A stretch of 64,000 nt of DNA from Mobula hypostoma. Lineage: Eukaryota. Positions within the stretch are counted from its first letter, which is position 1; every line of letters begins with the position of its first letter. Where the stretch lies: contig NC_086108.1 in assembly GCF_963921235.1 (NCBI RefSeq), positions 116,252,001 to 116,316,000 on the forward strand, read 5' to 3'. Position numbers and translations under genes: made by a program. Shown here in pieces: positions 14,801 through 29,300 of the stretch. A model generated the notes under the pieces. The model did no database searches and had not been told where the DNA came from. It was given only the letters and a program-made list of their open reading frames with translations.

Positions 14801-15700
14801 GTGATGGAGGGTTTCAGAGTCACACAGAGATGTCGGGTGATGGGTTTCAGAGACACACAGGGATGTGGGGTGATGGTGGGTTTCAGAGACACACATTGAT
14901 GTGGGGTGATGGAGGGTTTCAGAGACACATAGGGATGTGGGGTGATGGAGGGTTTCAGAGACACCCAGTGATGTGGGGTGATGGTGGGTTTCAGAGACAC
15001 ACAGGGATGTGGGGTGATGGGTTTCAGTGACACACAGGGATGTGGGGTGATGGTCGGTTTCAGAGACACACAGGAATGTGGGGTGATGGGTTTCAGCGAC
15101 ACACAGGGATGTGGGGTGATGGTCGGTTTCAGAGACACACAGGGATGTGGGGTGATGTGTTTCAGAGACACACAGGACTGTGGTGTGATGCAGGGTTTCA
15201 GAGACACACAGGGATGTGGGGTAATGGTTTTCAGAGACACACAGGGATGTGGGTTGATGGCTTTCAGAGACACACAGGGATATGGGGTTGAGGGTTTCAG
15301 AGACACACAGGGATGTGGGGTGATGGAGGGTTTCAGAGACACACAGGGATGTGGAGTGATGGAGGGTTTCAGAGACACCCAGGGATGTGCGGTGATGGTC
15401 GGTTTCAGAGACACACAGGGATGTGGGGTTATGGTGGGTTTCAGAGAGACACAATGATGTGCGGTGATGAGTTTCAGAGACACACAGGAATGTGGGGTGA
15501 TGGTGGGTTTCAGAGACACACACGGATGTGGGGTGATGGGTTTCAGAGACACACAGGGATGTGGGGTGATGGTGGGTTTCAGAGAAACCCAGGGATGTGG
15601 GGTGATGAGTTTCAGAGACACACAGGGATGTGGGGTGATGGGTTTCAGCGACACACAGGAATGTAGGGTGATGGTCGGTTTCAGAGACACACAGGGATGT
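8810..15700 (+). repeat. Overlapping block duplications: ~8810-10575 = ~11855-13620 (offset 3044) and ~9760-11865 = ~13590-15700 (offset 3833/3834)
   Basis: Identical ORF translations at 9685/12729, 9272/12316, 10303/14137 and 11479/15313. Rare variants are shared (CCCGTGGATGTGGTTT, CTGATACTC, CACCCCGGGGTATG). Confidence 0.9.
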
Positions 15701-18700
15701 GGGGTGGAGATTTCAGAGACACTCAGGGATGAGGGGTGATGGACCCTTTCTGAGACTCACTGGGGTGATGGAGGGTTTCAGAGACACACAGGGATATGGG
15801 GTGATAGAGGGTTTCAGAGAGACACAGGGATGTGGGGTGATGGGTTTCGGAGACACAGAGGGATGTGGGGTGATGGATGGTTTCAGAGTCACACAGAGAT
15901 GTCGGGTCATGGGTTTCAGAGACACACAGGGATGTGGGGTGATGGAGGGTTTCAGAGACACACAGGGATGTGGGGTGATGGAGGGTTTCAGAGTCACACA
16001 GAGATGTCGGGTGATGGGTTTCAGAGACACACAGGGATGTGGGGTGATGGGTTTCAGAGACACACAGGGCTGTGGGGTGATGGAGGGTTTCAGAGTCACA
16101 CAGAGATGTCGGGTGATGGGTTTCAGAGACACACAGGGATGTGGGCTGATGGTGGGTTTCAGAGACACACAGGGATGTGGGCTGATGGTGGGTTTCAGAG
16201 ACACACATTGATGTGGGGTGATGGAGGGTTTCAGAGACACATAGGGATGTGGGGTGATGGAGGGTTTCAGAGACACCCAGGGATGTGGTGTGATGGTCGG
16301 TTTCAGAGACACACAGGGATGTGGGGTTATGGTGGGTTTCAGAGAGACACAGCGATGTGGCTGATGAGTTTCAGAGACACACAGGGATGTGGGGTGATGG
16401 TGGGTTTCAGAGATACACAGGGATGTGGGGTGATGGGTTTCAGCGACACACAGGGATGTGGGGTGATGGTCGGTTTCAGAGACACACAGGGATGTGGGGT
16501 GATGTGTTTCAGAGACACACAGGACTGTGGTGTGATGGAGGGTTTCAGAGACACACAGGGATGTGGGGTAATGGTTTTCAGAGACACACAGGGATGTGGG
16601 TTGATGGCTTTCAGAGACACACAGGGATATGGGGTTGAGGGTTTCAGAGACACACAGGGATGTGGGGTGATGGAGGGTTTCAGAGACACACAGGGATGTG
16701 GAGTGATGGAGGGTTTCAGAGACACCCAGGGATGTGGGGTGATGATCGGTTTCAGAGACACACAGGGATATGGGGTGATGGGTTTCAGAGACACACAGGG
16801 ATGTGGGGTGATGGTGGGTTTCAGAGAAACCCAGGGATGTGGGGTGATTAGTTTCAGAAACACACAGGGATGTGGGGTGATGGGTTTCAGCGACACACAG
16901 GGATGTAGGGTGATGGTCGGTTTCAGAGACACACAGGGATGTGGGGTGGAGATTTCAGAGACACTCAGGGATGTGGGGTGATGGACCCTTTCTGAGACTC
17001 ACTGGGGTGATGGAAGGTTTCAGAGTCACACAGAGATGTCGGGTGAAGGGTTTCAGAGACACACAGGGATGTGGGGTGATGGAGGGTTTCAGAGACACAC
17101 AGGGATGTGGAGTGATGGAGGGTTTCAGAGACACCCAGGGATGTGGGGTGATGGTCAGTTTCAGAGACACACAGGGATGTGGGGTTATGGTGGGTTTCAG
17201 AGAGACACAATGATGTGGGGTGATGAGTTTCAGAGACACACAGGGATGTGGGGTGATGGTGGGTTTCAGAGACACACAGGGATGTGGGGTGATGGGTTTC
17301 AGAGACACACAGGAATATGGGGTGGTGATTTCAGAGACACTCAGGGATGTGGGGTGATGGACCCTTTCTGAGACTCACTGGGGTGTGGGGTGATGGAGAG
17401 TTTCAGAGTCACACAGAGATTTCGGGTGATGGGTTTCAGAGACACACAGGGATGTGGGGTGATGGTGGGTTTGAGAGACACACAGGGATGTGGGGTGATG
17501 GAGGGTTTCAGAGACACACAGGGATGTGGGGTGATGGAGGGTTTCAGAGAGACACAGGGATGTGGGATGATGAGTTTCATAGACACACAGGGATGTGGGG
17601 TGATGGTGGGTTTCAAAGACACACAGGGATGTGGGGTGATGGTGGGTTTCAAGACACACAGGGATGTGGGGTGATGGGTTTCAGAGACACACAGGGTTGT
17701 GGGGTGATGGAGAGTTTCAGAGACACACAGGGACGTGGGGTGATGGGTTTCAGAGACACACAGGGACGTGGGGTGATGGGTTTCAGAGACACACAGGGAT
17801 GTGGGGTGATGAATTTCAGAGACACACAGGGATTGTGAGGTGATGGTGGGTTTCAGAGACACACAGGGATGTGGGCAGATTGAGGGTTTAAGAGACACAC
17901 AGGGATGTGGGGTGATGGGTTTCAGAGACACCCAGGGATGTGGGGTGATGAGTTTCAGAGACACCCAGTGATGTAGTGTGATGGGTTTCAGAGACATACA
18001 GGGATGTGGGATGATTTTGGGTTTCAGAGACACACAGGGATGTTGGGTGATGGTGGGTTTGAGAGACACACAGGGATGTGGGGTGATGGAGGGTTTCAGA
18101 GACACACAGGGATGTGGGGTGATGGAGGGTTTCAGAGAGACACAGGGATGTGGGGTGATGAGTTTCATAGACACACAGGGATGTGGGGTGATGGGTTTCA
18201 GAGAGACACAGCGATGTGGGCTGATGAGTTTCAGAGACACACAGGGATGTGGGGTGATGGTGGGTTTCAGAGGCACACAGGGATGTTGGGTGATGGGTTT
18301 CAGCGACACACAGGGATGTGGGGTGATGGTCGGTTTCAGAGACACACAGGGATGTGGGGTGATGTGTTTCAGAGACACACAGGACTGTGGTGTGATGGAG
18401 GGTTTCAGAGACACACAGGGATGTGGGGTAATGGTTTTCAGAGACACACAGGGATGTGGGTTGATGGCTTTCAGAGACACACAGGGATATGGGGTTGAGG
18501 GTTTCAGAGACACACAGGGATGTGGGGTGATGGAGGGTTTCAGAGACACACAGGGATGTGGAGTGATGGAGGGTTTCAGAGACACCCAGGGATGTGGGGT
18601 GATGGTCAGTTTCAGAGACACACAGGGATGTGGGGTTATGGTGGGTTTCAGAGAGACACAATGATGTGGGGTGATGAGTTTCAGAGACACACAGGGATGT

Positions 18701-20119
18701 GGGGTGATGGTGGGTTTCAGAGACACACAGGGATGTGGGGTGATGGGTTTCAGAGACACACAGGAATATGGGGTGGTGATTTCAGAGACACTCAGGGATG
18801 TGGGGTGATGGACCCTTTCTGAGACTCACTGGGGTGTGGGGTGATGGAGAGTTTCAGAGTCACACAGAGATTTCGGGTGATGGGTTTCAGAGACACACAG
18901 GGATGTGGGGTGATGGTGGGTTTGAGAGACACACAGGGATGTGGGGTGATGGAGGGTTTCAGAGACACACAGGGATGTGGGGTGATGGAGGGTTTCAGAG
19001 ACACACAGGGATGTGGGGTGATGGAGGGTTTCAGAGAGACACAGGGATGTGGGATGATGAGTTTCATAGACACACAGGGATGTGGGGTGATGGTGGGTTT
19101 CAAAGACACACAGGGATGTGGGGTGATGGTGGGTTTCAGAGACACACAGGGATGTGGGGTGATGGGTTTCAGAGACACACAGGGTTGTGGGGTGATGGAG
19201 AGTTTCAGAGACACACAGGGACGTGGGGTGATGGGTTTCAGAGACACACAGGGATGTGGGGTGATGGAGAGTTTCAGAGACACACAGGGATGTGGAGTGA
19301 TGAGTTTCAGAGACACACAGGGATTGTGAGGTGATGGTGGGTTTCAGAGACACACAGGGATATGGGCAGATTGAGGGTTTCAGAGACACACAGGGATGTG
19401 GAGTGATGAGTTTCAGAGACACACAGGGATGTGGGGTGATGTGTTTCAGAGACACACAGGGATGTGGGCAGATTGAGGGTTTAAGAGACACACAGGGATG
19501 TGGGGTGATGGGTTTCAGAGACAACCAGGGATGTGGGGTGATGAGTTTCAGAGACACCCAGTGATGTAGTGTGATGGGTTTCAGAGACATACAGGGATGT
19601 GGGATGATTTTGGGTTTCAGAGACACACAGGGATGTTGGGTGATGGTGGGTTTGAGAGACTCACAGGGATGTGGGGTGATGGAGGTTTCAGAGACACACA
19701 GGGATGTGGGTTGATGGAGGGTTTCAGAGAGACACACAGGGATGTGGGGTGATGGTTTCAGAGACACACAGGATGTGGGGTGATGGGGGTTTCAGAGACA
19801 CACAGGGATGTGGGGTGATGGTTTCAGAGACACACAGGGATGTGGGTTGATGGTGATATGGGGTTGAGGGTTCAGAGACACACAGGGATGTGGGGTGATG
19901 GAGGGTTCGAGACACACAGGGATGTGGAGTGAGATGTGGGGTGATGGTCAGTTTCAGAGACACACAGGGATGTGGGGTTATGGTGGGTTTCAGAGACACA
20001 ATGATGTGGGGTGATGAGTTTCAGAGACACACAGGGATGTGGGGTGATGGTGGGTTTCAGAGACACACAGGGATGTGGGGTGATGGTTTTCAGAGACACA
20101 CAGGAATGTAGGGTGGTGA

Positions 20120-23100
20120 TTTCAGAGACACTCAGGTATGTGGGGTGATGGACCCTTTCTGAGACTCACTGGGGTGTGGGGTGATGGAGAGTTTCAGAGT
20201 CACAAAGAGATTTCGGGTGATGGGTTTCAGAGACACACAGGGATGTGGGGTGATGGTGGGTTTGAGAGACACACAGGGATGTGGGGTGATGGAGGGTTTC
20301 AGAGACACACAGGGATGTGGGGTGATGGAGGGTTTCAGAGAGACACAGGGATGTGGGGTGATGAGTTTCATAGACACACAGGGATGTGGGGTGATGGTGG
20401 GTTTCAAAGACACACAGGGATGTGAGGTGATGGTGGGTTTCAAAGACACACAGGGATGTGGGGTGATGGGTTTCAGAGACACACAGGGTTGTGGGGTGAT
20501 GGAGAGTTTCAGAGACACACAGGGACGTGGGGTGATGGGTTTCAGAGACACACAGGGATGTGGGCAGATTGAGGGTTTAAGAGACACACAGGGATGTGAG
20601 GTGATAGTGGGTTTCAGAGACACACAGGGATGTGGGGTGATGGTGTGTTTCAGAGACACACAGGGATGTGGGTTGATGGAGCGTTTCAGAGACACACAGG
20701 GATGTGGGGTGATGGGTTTCAGAGACACCCAGGGATGTGGGGTGATGAGTTTCAGAGACAGCCAGTGATGTAGTGTGATGGGTTTCAGAGACATACAGGG
20801 ATGTGGGATGATTGTGGGTTTCAGAGACACACAGGGATGTTGGGTGATGGTGGGTTTCAGAGACACTCAGGGATGTGGGGTGATGGACATTTTCTGAGAC
20901 ACACCGTGATGTGGGGTGATCGTGGGTTTCAGAGACACACAGGGATGTGGGGTGATGGGTTTGAGACGTACAGGGATGTGGGGTGATGGGTTTCACAGGC
21001 ACACAGGGATGTGGGGTGATGGAGGGTTTCAGAGACACACAGGGATGTGGGGTGATTGGTTTCAGAGACACACAGGGATGTGGGGTGATGGGCTTCAGAG
21101 AGACACAATGATGTGGGGTGATGAGTTTCAGAGACACACAGGGATGTGGGGTGATGGGTTTCAGAGACACACAGGAATGTGGGGTGGTGATTTCAGAGAC
21201 ACTCAGGTATGTGGGGTGATGGACCCTTTCTGAGACTCACTGTGGTGTGGGGTGATGGAGAGTTTCAGAGTCACACAGAGATTTCGGGTGATGGGTTTCA
21301 GAGACACACAGGGATGTGGGGTGATGGTGGGTTAGAGAGACACACAGGGATGTGGGGTGATGGAGGGTTTCAGAGACACACAGGGATGTGGGGTGATGGA
21401 GGGTTTCAGAGAGACACAGGGATGTGGGATGATGAGTTTCATAGACACACAGGGATGTGGGGTGATGGTGGGTTTCAAAGACACACAGGGATGTGGGGTG
21501 ATGGTGGGTTTCAAGACACACAGGGATGTGGGCAGATTGAGGGTTTAAGAGACACACAGGGATGTGGAGTGATGGAGGGTTTCAGAGACACCCAGGGATG
21601 TGCGGTGATGGTCGGTTTCAGAGACACACAGGAATGTGGGGTGATGGTGGGTTTCAGAGACACACACGGATGTGGGGTGATGGGTTTCAGAGACACACAG
21701 GGATGTGGGGTGATGGTGGGTTTCAGAGAAACCCAGGGATGTGGGGTGATGAGTTTCAGAGACACACAGGGATGTGGGGTGATGGGTTTCAGCGACACAC
21801 AGGGATGTAGGGTGATGGTCGGTTTCAGAGACACACAGGGATGTGGGGTGGAGATTTCAGAGACACTCAGGGATGAGGGGTGATGCACCCTTTCTGAGAC
21901 TCACTGGGGTGATGGAGGGTTTCAGAGTCACACAGAGATGTCGGGTGATGGGTTTCAGAGACACACAGGGATGTGGGGTGATGGAGGGTTTCAGAGAGAC
22001 ACAGGGATGTGGGGTGATGATCGGTTTCAGAGACACACAGGGATATGGGGTGATGGGTTTCAGAGACACACAGGGATGTGGGGTGATGGTGGGTTTCAGA
22101 GAAACCCAGGGATGTGGGGTGATTAGTTTCAGAAACACACAGGGATGTGGGGTGATGGGTTTCAGCGACACACAGGGATGTAGGGTGATGGTCGGTTTCA
22201 GAGACACACAGGGATGTGGGGTGGAGATTTCAGAGACACTCAGGGATGTGGGGTGATGGACCCTTTCTGAGACTCACTGGGGTGATGGAAGGTTTCAGAG
22301 TCACACAGAGATGTCGGGTGATGGGTTTCAGAGACACACAGGGATGTGGGGTGATGGAGGGTTTCAGAGACACACAGGGATGTGGGGTGACGGGTTTCGG
22401 AGACACACAGGGATGTGGGGTGATGGAGGGTTTCAGAGTCACACAGAGATGTCGGGTGATGGTTTTCAGAGACACACAGGGATGTGGGGTGATGGAGGGT
22501 TTCAGAGACACACAGGGATGTGGGGTTATGGTGGGTTTCAGAGAGACACAGCGATGTGGGCTGATGAGTTTCAGAGACACACAGGGATGTGGGGTGATGG
22601 TGGGTTTCAGAGGCACACAGGGATGTTGGGTGATGGGTTTCAGCGACACACAGGGATGTGGGGTCATGGTCGGTTTCAGAGACACACAGGGATGTGGGGT
22701 GATGTGTTTCAGAGACACACAGGACTGTGGTGTGATGGAGGGTTTCAGAGACACACAGGGATGTGGGGTAATGGTTTTCAGAGACACACAGGGATGTGGG
22801 TTGATGGCTTTCAGAGACACACAGGGATATGGGGTTGAGGGTTTCAGAGACACACAGGGATGTGGGGTGATGGAGGGTTTCAGAGACACACAGGGATGTG
22901 GAGTGATGGAGGGTTTCAGAGACACCCAGGGATGTGGGGTGATGGTCAGTTTCAGAGACACACAGGGATGTGGGGTTATGGTGGGTTTCAGAGAGACACA
23001 ATGATGTGGGGTGATGAGTTTCAGAGACACACAGGGATGTGGGGTGATGGTGGGTTTCAGAGACACACAGGGATGTGGGGTGATGGGTTTCAGAGACTCA

Positions 23101-26100
23101 CAGGAATATGGGGTGGTGATTTCAGAGACACTCAGGGATGTGGGGTGATGGACCCTTTCTGAGACTCACTGGGGTGTGGGGTGATGGAGAGTTTCAGAGT
23201 CACACAGAGATTTCGGGTGATGGGTTTCAGAGACACACAGGGATGTGGGGTGATGGTGGGTTTGAGAGACACACAGGGATGTGGGGTGATGGAGGGTTTC
23301 AGAGACACACAGGGATGTGGGGTGATGGAGGGTTTCAGAGAGATACAGGGATGTGGGGTGATGGTGGGTTTCAAGACACACAGGGATGTGGGGTGATGGG
23401 TTTCAGAGACACACAGGGTTGTGGGGTGATGGAGAGTTTCAGAGACACACAGGGACGTGGGGTGATGGGTTTCAGAGACACACAGGGATGTGGGGTGATA
23501 GTGGGTTTCAGAGAAACCCAGGGATGTGGGGTGATGAGTTTCAGAGACACACAGGGATTGTGAGGTGATGGTGGGTTTCAGAGACACACAGGGATGTGGG
23601 CAGATTGAAGGTTTAAGAGACACACAGGGATGTGGGGTGATGGGTTTCAGAGACACCCAGGGATGTGGGGTGATGAGTTTCAGAGACACACAGGGATGTA
23701 GTGTGATGGATTTCAGAGACATACAGGGATGTGGGATGATTGTGGGTTTCAGAGACACACAGGGATGTGGGGTGATGGTGTGTTTCAGAGACACACAGGG
23801 ATGTGGGTTGATGGAGCGTTTCAGAGCCACACAGGGATGTGGGGTGATGGGTTTCAGAGACACACAGGGATGTGGGGTGATGAGTTTCAGAGACACCCAG
23901 TGATGTAGTGTGATGGGTTTCAGAGACACACAGGGATGTGGGGTGATGGGTTTCAGCGACACACTGGGATGTGGGGTGATGGTCGGTTTCAGAGACACAC
24001 AGGGATGTGGGGTGATGTGTTTCAGAGACACACAGGACTGTGGTGTGATGGAGGGTTTCAGAGACACACAGGGATGTGGGGTAATGGTTTTCAGAGACAC
24101 ACAGGGATGTGGGTTGATGGCTTTCAGAGACACACAGGGATATGGGGTTGAGGGTTTCAGAGACACACAGGGATGTGGGGTGATGGAGGGTTTCAGAGAC
24201 ACACAGGGATGTGGAGTGATGGAGGGTTTCAGAGACACCCAGTGATGTGGGGTGATGGTCAGTTTCAGAGACACACAGGGATGTGGGGTTATGGTGGGTT
24301 TCAGAGAGACACAATGATGTGGGGTGATGAGTTTCAGAGACACACAGGGATGTGGGGTGATGGTGGGTTTCAGAGACACACAGGGATGTGGGGTGATGGT
24401 TTTCAGAGACACACAGGGATGTGGGGTTATGGTGGGTTTCAGAGAGACACAATGATGTGGGGTGATGAGTTTCAGAGACACACAGGGATGTGGGGTGATG
24501 GTGGGTTTCAGAGACACTCAGGTATGTGGGGTGATGGACCCTTTCTGAGACTCACTGGGGTGTGGGGTGATGGAGAGTTTCAGAGTCACAAAGAGATTTC
24601 GGGTGATGGGTTTCAGAGACACACAGGGATGTGGGGTGATGGTGGGTTTGAGAGACACACAGGGATGTGGGGTGATGGAGGGTTTCAGAGACACACAGGG
24701 ATGTGGGGTGATGGAGGGTTTCAGAGAGACACAGGGATGTGGGGTGATGAGTTTCATAGACACACAGGGATGTGGGGTGATGGTGGGTTTCAAAGACACA
24801 CAGGGATGTGAGGTGATGGTGGGTTTCAAAGACACACAGGGATGTGGGGTGATGGGTTTCAGAGACACACAGGGTTGTGGGGTGATGGAGAGTTTCAGAG
24901 ACACACAGGGACGTGGGGTGATGGGTTTCAGAGACACACAGGGATGTGGGCAGATTGAGGGTTTAAGAGACACACAGGGATGTGAGGTGATAGTGGGTTT
25001 CAGAGACACACAGGGATGTGGGGTGATGGTGTGTTTCAGAGACACACAGGGATGTGGGTTGATGGAGCGTTTCAGAGACACACAGGGATGTGGGGTGATG
25101 GGTTTCAGAGACACCCAGGGATGTGGGGTGATGAGTTTCAGAGACAGCCAGTGATGTAGTGTGATGGGTTTCAGAGACATACAGGGATGTGGGATGATTG
25201 TGGGTTTCAGAGACACACAGGGATGTTGGGTGATGGTGGGTTTCAGAGACACTCAGGGATGTGGGGTGATGGACATTTTCTGAGACACACCGTGATGTGG
25301 GGTGATCGTGGGTTTCAGAGACACACAGGGATGTGGGGTGATGGGTTTGAGACGTACAGGGATGTGGGGTGATGGGTTTCACAGGCACACAGGGATGTGG
25401 GGTGATGGAGGGTTTCAGAGACACACAGGGATGTGGGGTGATTGGTTTCAGAGACACACAGGGATGTGGGGTGATGGGCTTCAGAGAGACACAATGATGT
25501 GGGGTGATGAGTTTCAGAGACACACAGGGATGTGGGGTGATGGGTTTCAGAGACACACAGGAATGTGGGGTGGTGATTTCAGAGACACTCAGGTATGTGG
25601 GGTGATGGACCCTTTCTGAGACTCACTGTGGTGTGGGGTGATGGAGAGTTTCAGAGTCACACAGAGATTTCGGGTGATGGGTTTCAGAGACACACAGGGA
25701 TGTGGGGTGATGGTGGGTTAGAGAGACACACAGGGATGTGGGGTGATGGAGGGTTTCAGAGACACACAGGGATGTGGGGTGATGGAGGGTTTCAGAGAGA
25801 CACAGGGATGTGGGATGATGAGTTTCATAGACACACAGGGATGTGGGGTGATGGTGGGTTTCAAAGACACACAGGGATGTGGGGTGATGGTGGGTTTCAA
25901 GACACACAGGGATGTGGGCAGATTGAGGGTTTAAGAGACACACAGGGATGTGGAGTGATGGAGGGTTTCAGAGACACCCAGGGATGTGCGGTGATGGTCG
26001 GTTTCAGAGACACACAGGAATGTGGGGTGATGGTGGGTTTCAGAGACACACACGGATGTGGGGTGATGGGTTTCAGAGACACACAGGGATGTGGGGTGAT

Positions 26101-26395
26101 GGTGGGTTTCAGAGAAACCCAGGGATGTGGGGTGATGAGTTTCAGAGACACACAGGGATGTGGGGTGATGGGTTTCAGCAACACACAGGGATGTAGGGTG
26201 ATGGTCGGTTTCAGAGACACACAGGGATGTGGGGTGGAGATTTCAGAGACACTCAGGGATGAGGGGTGATGGACCCTTTCTGAGACTCACTGGGGTGATG
26301 GAGGGTTTCAGAGTCACACAGAGATGTCGGGTGATGGGTTTCAGAGACACACAGGGATGTGGGGTGATGGAGGGTTTCAGAGAGACACAGGGATG
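20120..26395 (+). repeat. Block duplication ~20120-22010 = ~24506-26395 (offset 4386)
   Basis: Identical or near-identical ORFs at 20132/24518, 20577/24963 and 21209/25595. Rare variants GAGACGTACAG, CTCACTGTGG and GGGTTAGAG are shared. Confidence 0.9.
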
Positions 26396-29300
26396 TGGGG
26401 TGATGGGTTTCGGAGACACAGAGGGATGTGGGGTGATGGAGGGTTTCAGAGTCACTCAGAGATGTCGGGTGATGGGTTTCAGAGACACACAGGGATGTGG
26501 GGTGATGGAGGGTTTCAGAGACACACAGGGATGTGGGGTGATGGAGGGTTTCAGAGTCACACAGAGATGTCGGGTGATGGGTTTCAGAGACACACAGGGA
26601 TGTGGGGTGATGGGTTTCAGAGACACAGGGATGTGGGGTGATGGAGGGTTTCAGAGTCACACAGAGATGTCGGGTGATGGGTTTCAGAGACACACAGGGA
26701 TGTGGGCTGATGGTGGGTTTCAGAGACACACAGGGATGTGGGCTGATGGTGGGTTTCAGAGACACACATTGATGTGGGGTGATGGAGGGTTTCAGAGACA
26801 CATAGGGATGTGGGGTGATGGAGGGTTTCAGAGACACCCAGGGATGTGGGGTGATGGTCGGTTTCAGAGACACACAGGGATGTGGGGTTATGGTGGGTTT
26901 CAGAGAGACACAGCGATGTGGCTGATGAGTTTCAGAGACACACAGGGATGTGGGGTGATGGTGGGTTTCAGAGACACACAGGGATGTGGGGTGATGGGTT
27001 ACAGCGACACACAGGGATGTGGGGTGATGGTCGGTTTCAGAGACACACAGGGATGTGGGGTGATGTGTTTCAGAGACACACAGGACTGTGTTGTGATGGA
27101 GGGTTTCAGAGACACACAGGGATGTGGGGTAATGGTTTTCAGAGACACACAGGGATGTGGGTTGATGGATTTCAGAGACACACAGGGATATGGGGTTGAG
27201 GGTTTCAGAGATACACAGGGATGTGGGGTGATGGAGGGTTTCAGAGACACACAGGGATGTGGAGTGATGGAGGGTTTCAGAGACACCCAGGGATGTGGGG
27301 TGATGATCGGTTTCAGAGACACACAGGGATATGGGGTGATGGGTTTCAGAGACACACAGGGATGTGGGGTGATGGTGGGTTTCAGAGAAACCCAGGGATG
27401 TGGGGTGATTAGTTTCAGAAACACACAGGGATGTGGGGTGATGGGTTTCAGCGACACACAGGGATGTAGGGTGATGGTCGGTTTCAGAGACACACAGGGA
27501 TGTGGGGTGGAGATTTCAGAGACACTCAGGGATGTGGGGTGATGGACCCTTTCTGAGACTCACTGGGGTGATGGAAGGTTTCAGAGTCACACAGAGATGT
27601 CGGGTGATGGGTTTCAGAGACACACAGGGATGTGGGGTGATGGAGGGTTTCAGAGACACACAGGGATGTGGGGTGACGGGTTTCGGAGACACACAGGGAT
27701 GTGGGGTGATGGAGGGTTTCAGAGTCACACAGAGATGTCGGGTGATGGGTTTCAGAGACACACAGGGATGTGGGGTGATGGAGGGTTTCAGAGACACACA
27801 GGGATGTGGGGTTATGGTGGGTTTCAGAGAGACACAGCGATGTGGGCTGATGAGTTTCAGAGACACACAGGGATGTGGGGTGATGGTGGGTTTCAGAGGC
27901 ACACAGGGATGTTGGGTGATGGGTTTCAGCGACACACAGGGATGTGGGGTCATGGTCGGTTTCAGAGACACACAGGGATGTGGGGTGATGTGTTTCAGAG
28001 ACACACAGGACTGTGGTGTGATGGAGGGTTTCAGAGACACACAGGGATGTGGGGTAATGGTTTTCAGAGACACACAGGGATGTGGGTTGATGGCTTTCAG
28101 AGACACACAGGGATATGGGGTTGAGGGTTTCAGAGACACACAGGGATGTGGGGTGATGGAGGGTTTCAGAGACACACAGGGATGTGGAGTGATGGAGGGT
28201 TTCAGAGACACCCAGGGATGTGGGGTGATGGTCAGTTTCAGAGACACACAGGGATGTGGGGTTATGGTGGGTTTCAGAGAGACACAATGATGTGGGGTGA
28301 TGAGTTTCAGAGACACACAGGGATGTGGGGTGATGGTGGGTTTCAGAGACACACAGGGATGTGGGGTGATGGGTTTCAGAGACTCACAGGAATATGGGGT
28401 GGTGATTTCAGAGACACTCAGGGATGTGGGGTGATGGACCCTTTCTGAGACTCACTGGGGTGTGGGGTGATGGAGAGTTTCAGAGTCACACAGAGATTTC
28501 GGGTGATGGGTTTCAGAGACACACAGGGATGTGGGGTGATGGTGGGTTTGAGAGACACACAGGGATGTGGGGTGATGGAGGGTTTCAGAGATACACAGGG
28601 ATGTGGGGTGATGGAGGGTTTCAGAGAGATACAGGGATGTGGGATGATGAGTTTCATAGACACACAGGGATGTGGGGTGATGGTGGGTTTCAAAGACACA
28701 CAGGGATGTGGGGTGATGGTGGGTTTCAAGACACACAGGGATGTGGGGTGATGGGTTTCAGAGACACACAGGGTTGTGGGGTGATGGAGAGTTTCAGAGA
28801 CACACAGGGACGTGGGGTGATGGGTTTCAGAGACACACAGGGATGTGGGGTGATGGTGGGTTTCAGAGAAACCCAGGGATGTGGAGTGATGAGTTTCAGA
28901 GACACACAGGGATTGTGAGGTGATGGTGGGTTTCAGAGACACACAGGGATGTGGGCAGATTGAGGGTTTAAGAGACACACAGGGATGTGGGGTGATGGGT
29001 TTCAGAGACACCCAGGGATGTGGGGTGATGAGTTTCAGAGACACCCAGTGATGTAGTGTGATGGATTTCAGAGACATACAGGGATGTGGGATGATTGTGG
29101 GTTTCAGAGACACACAGGGATGTGGGGTGATGGTGTGTTTCAGAGACACACAGGGATGTGGGTTGATGGAGCGTTTCAGAGCCACACAGGGATGTGGGGT
29201 GATGGGTTTCAGAGACACACAGGGATGTGGGGTGATGAGCTTCAGAGACACCCAGTGATGTAGTGTGATGGGTTTCAGAGACACACAGGGATGTGGGGTG

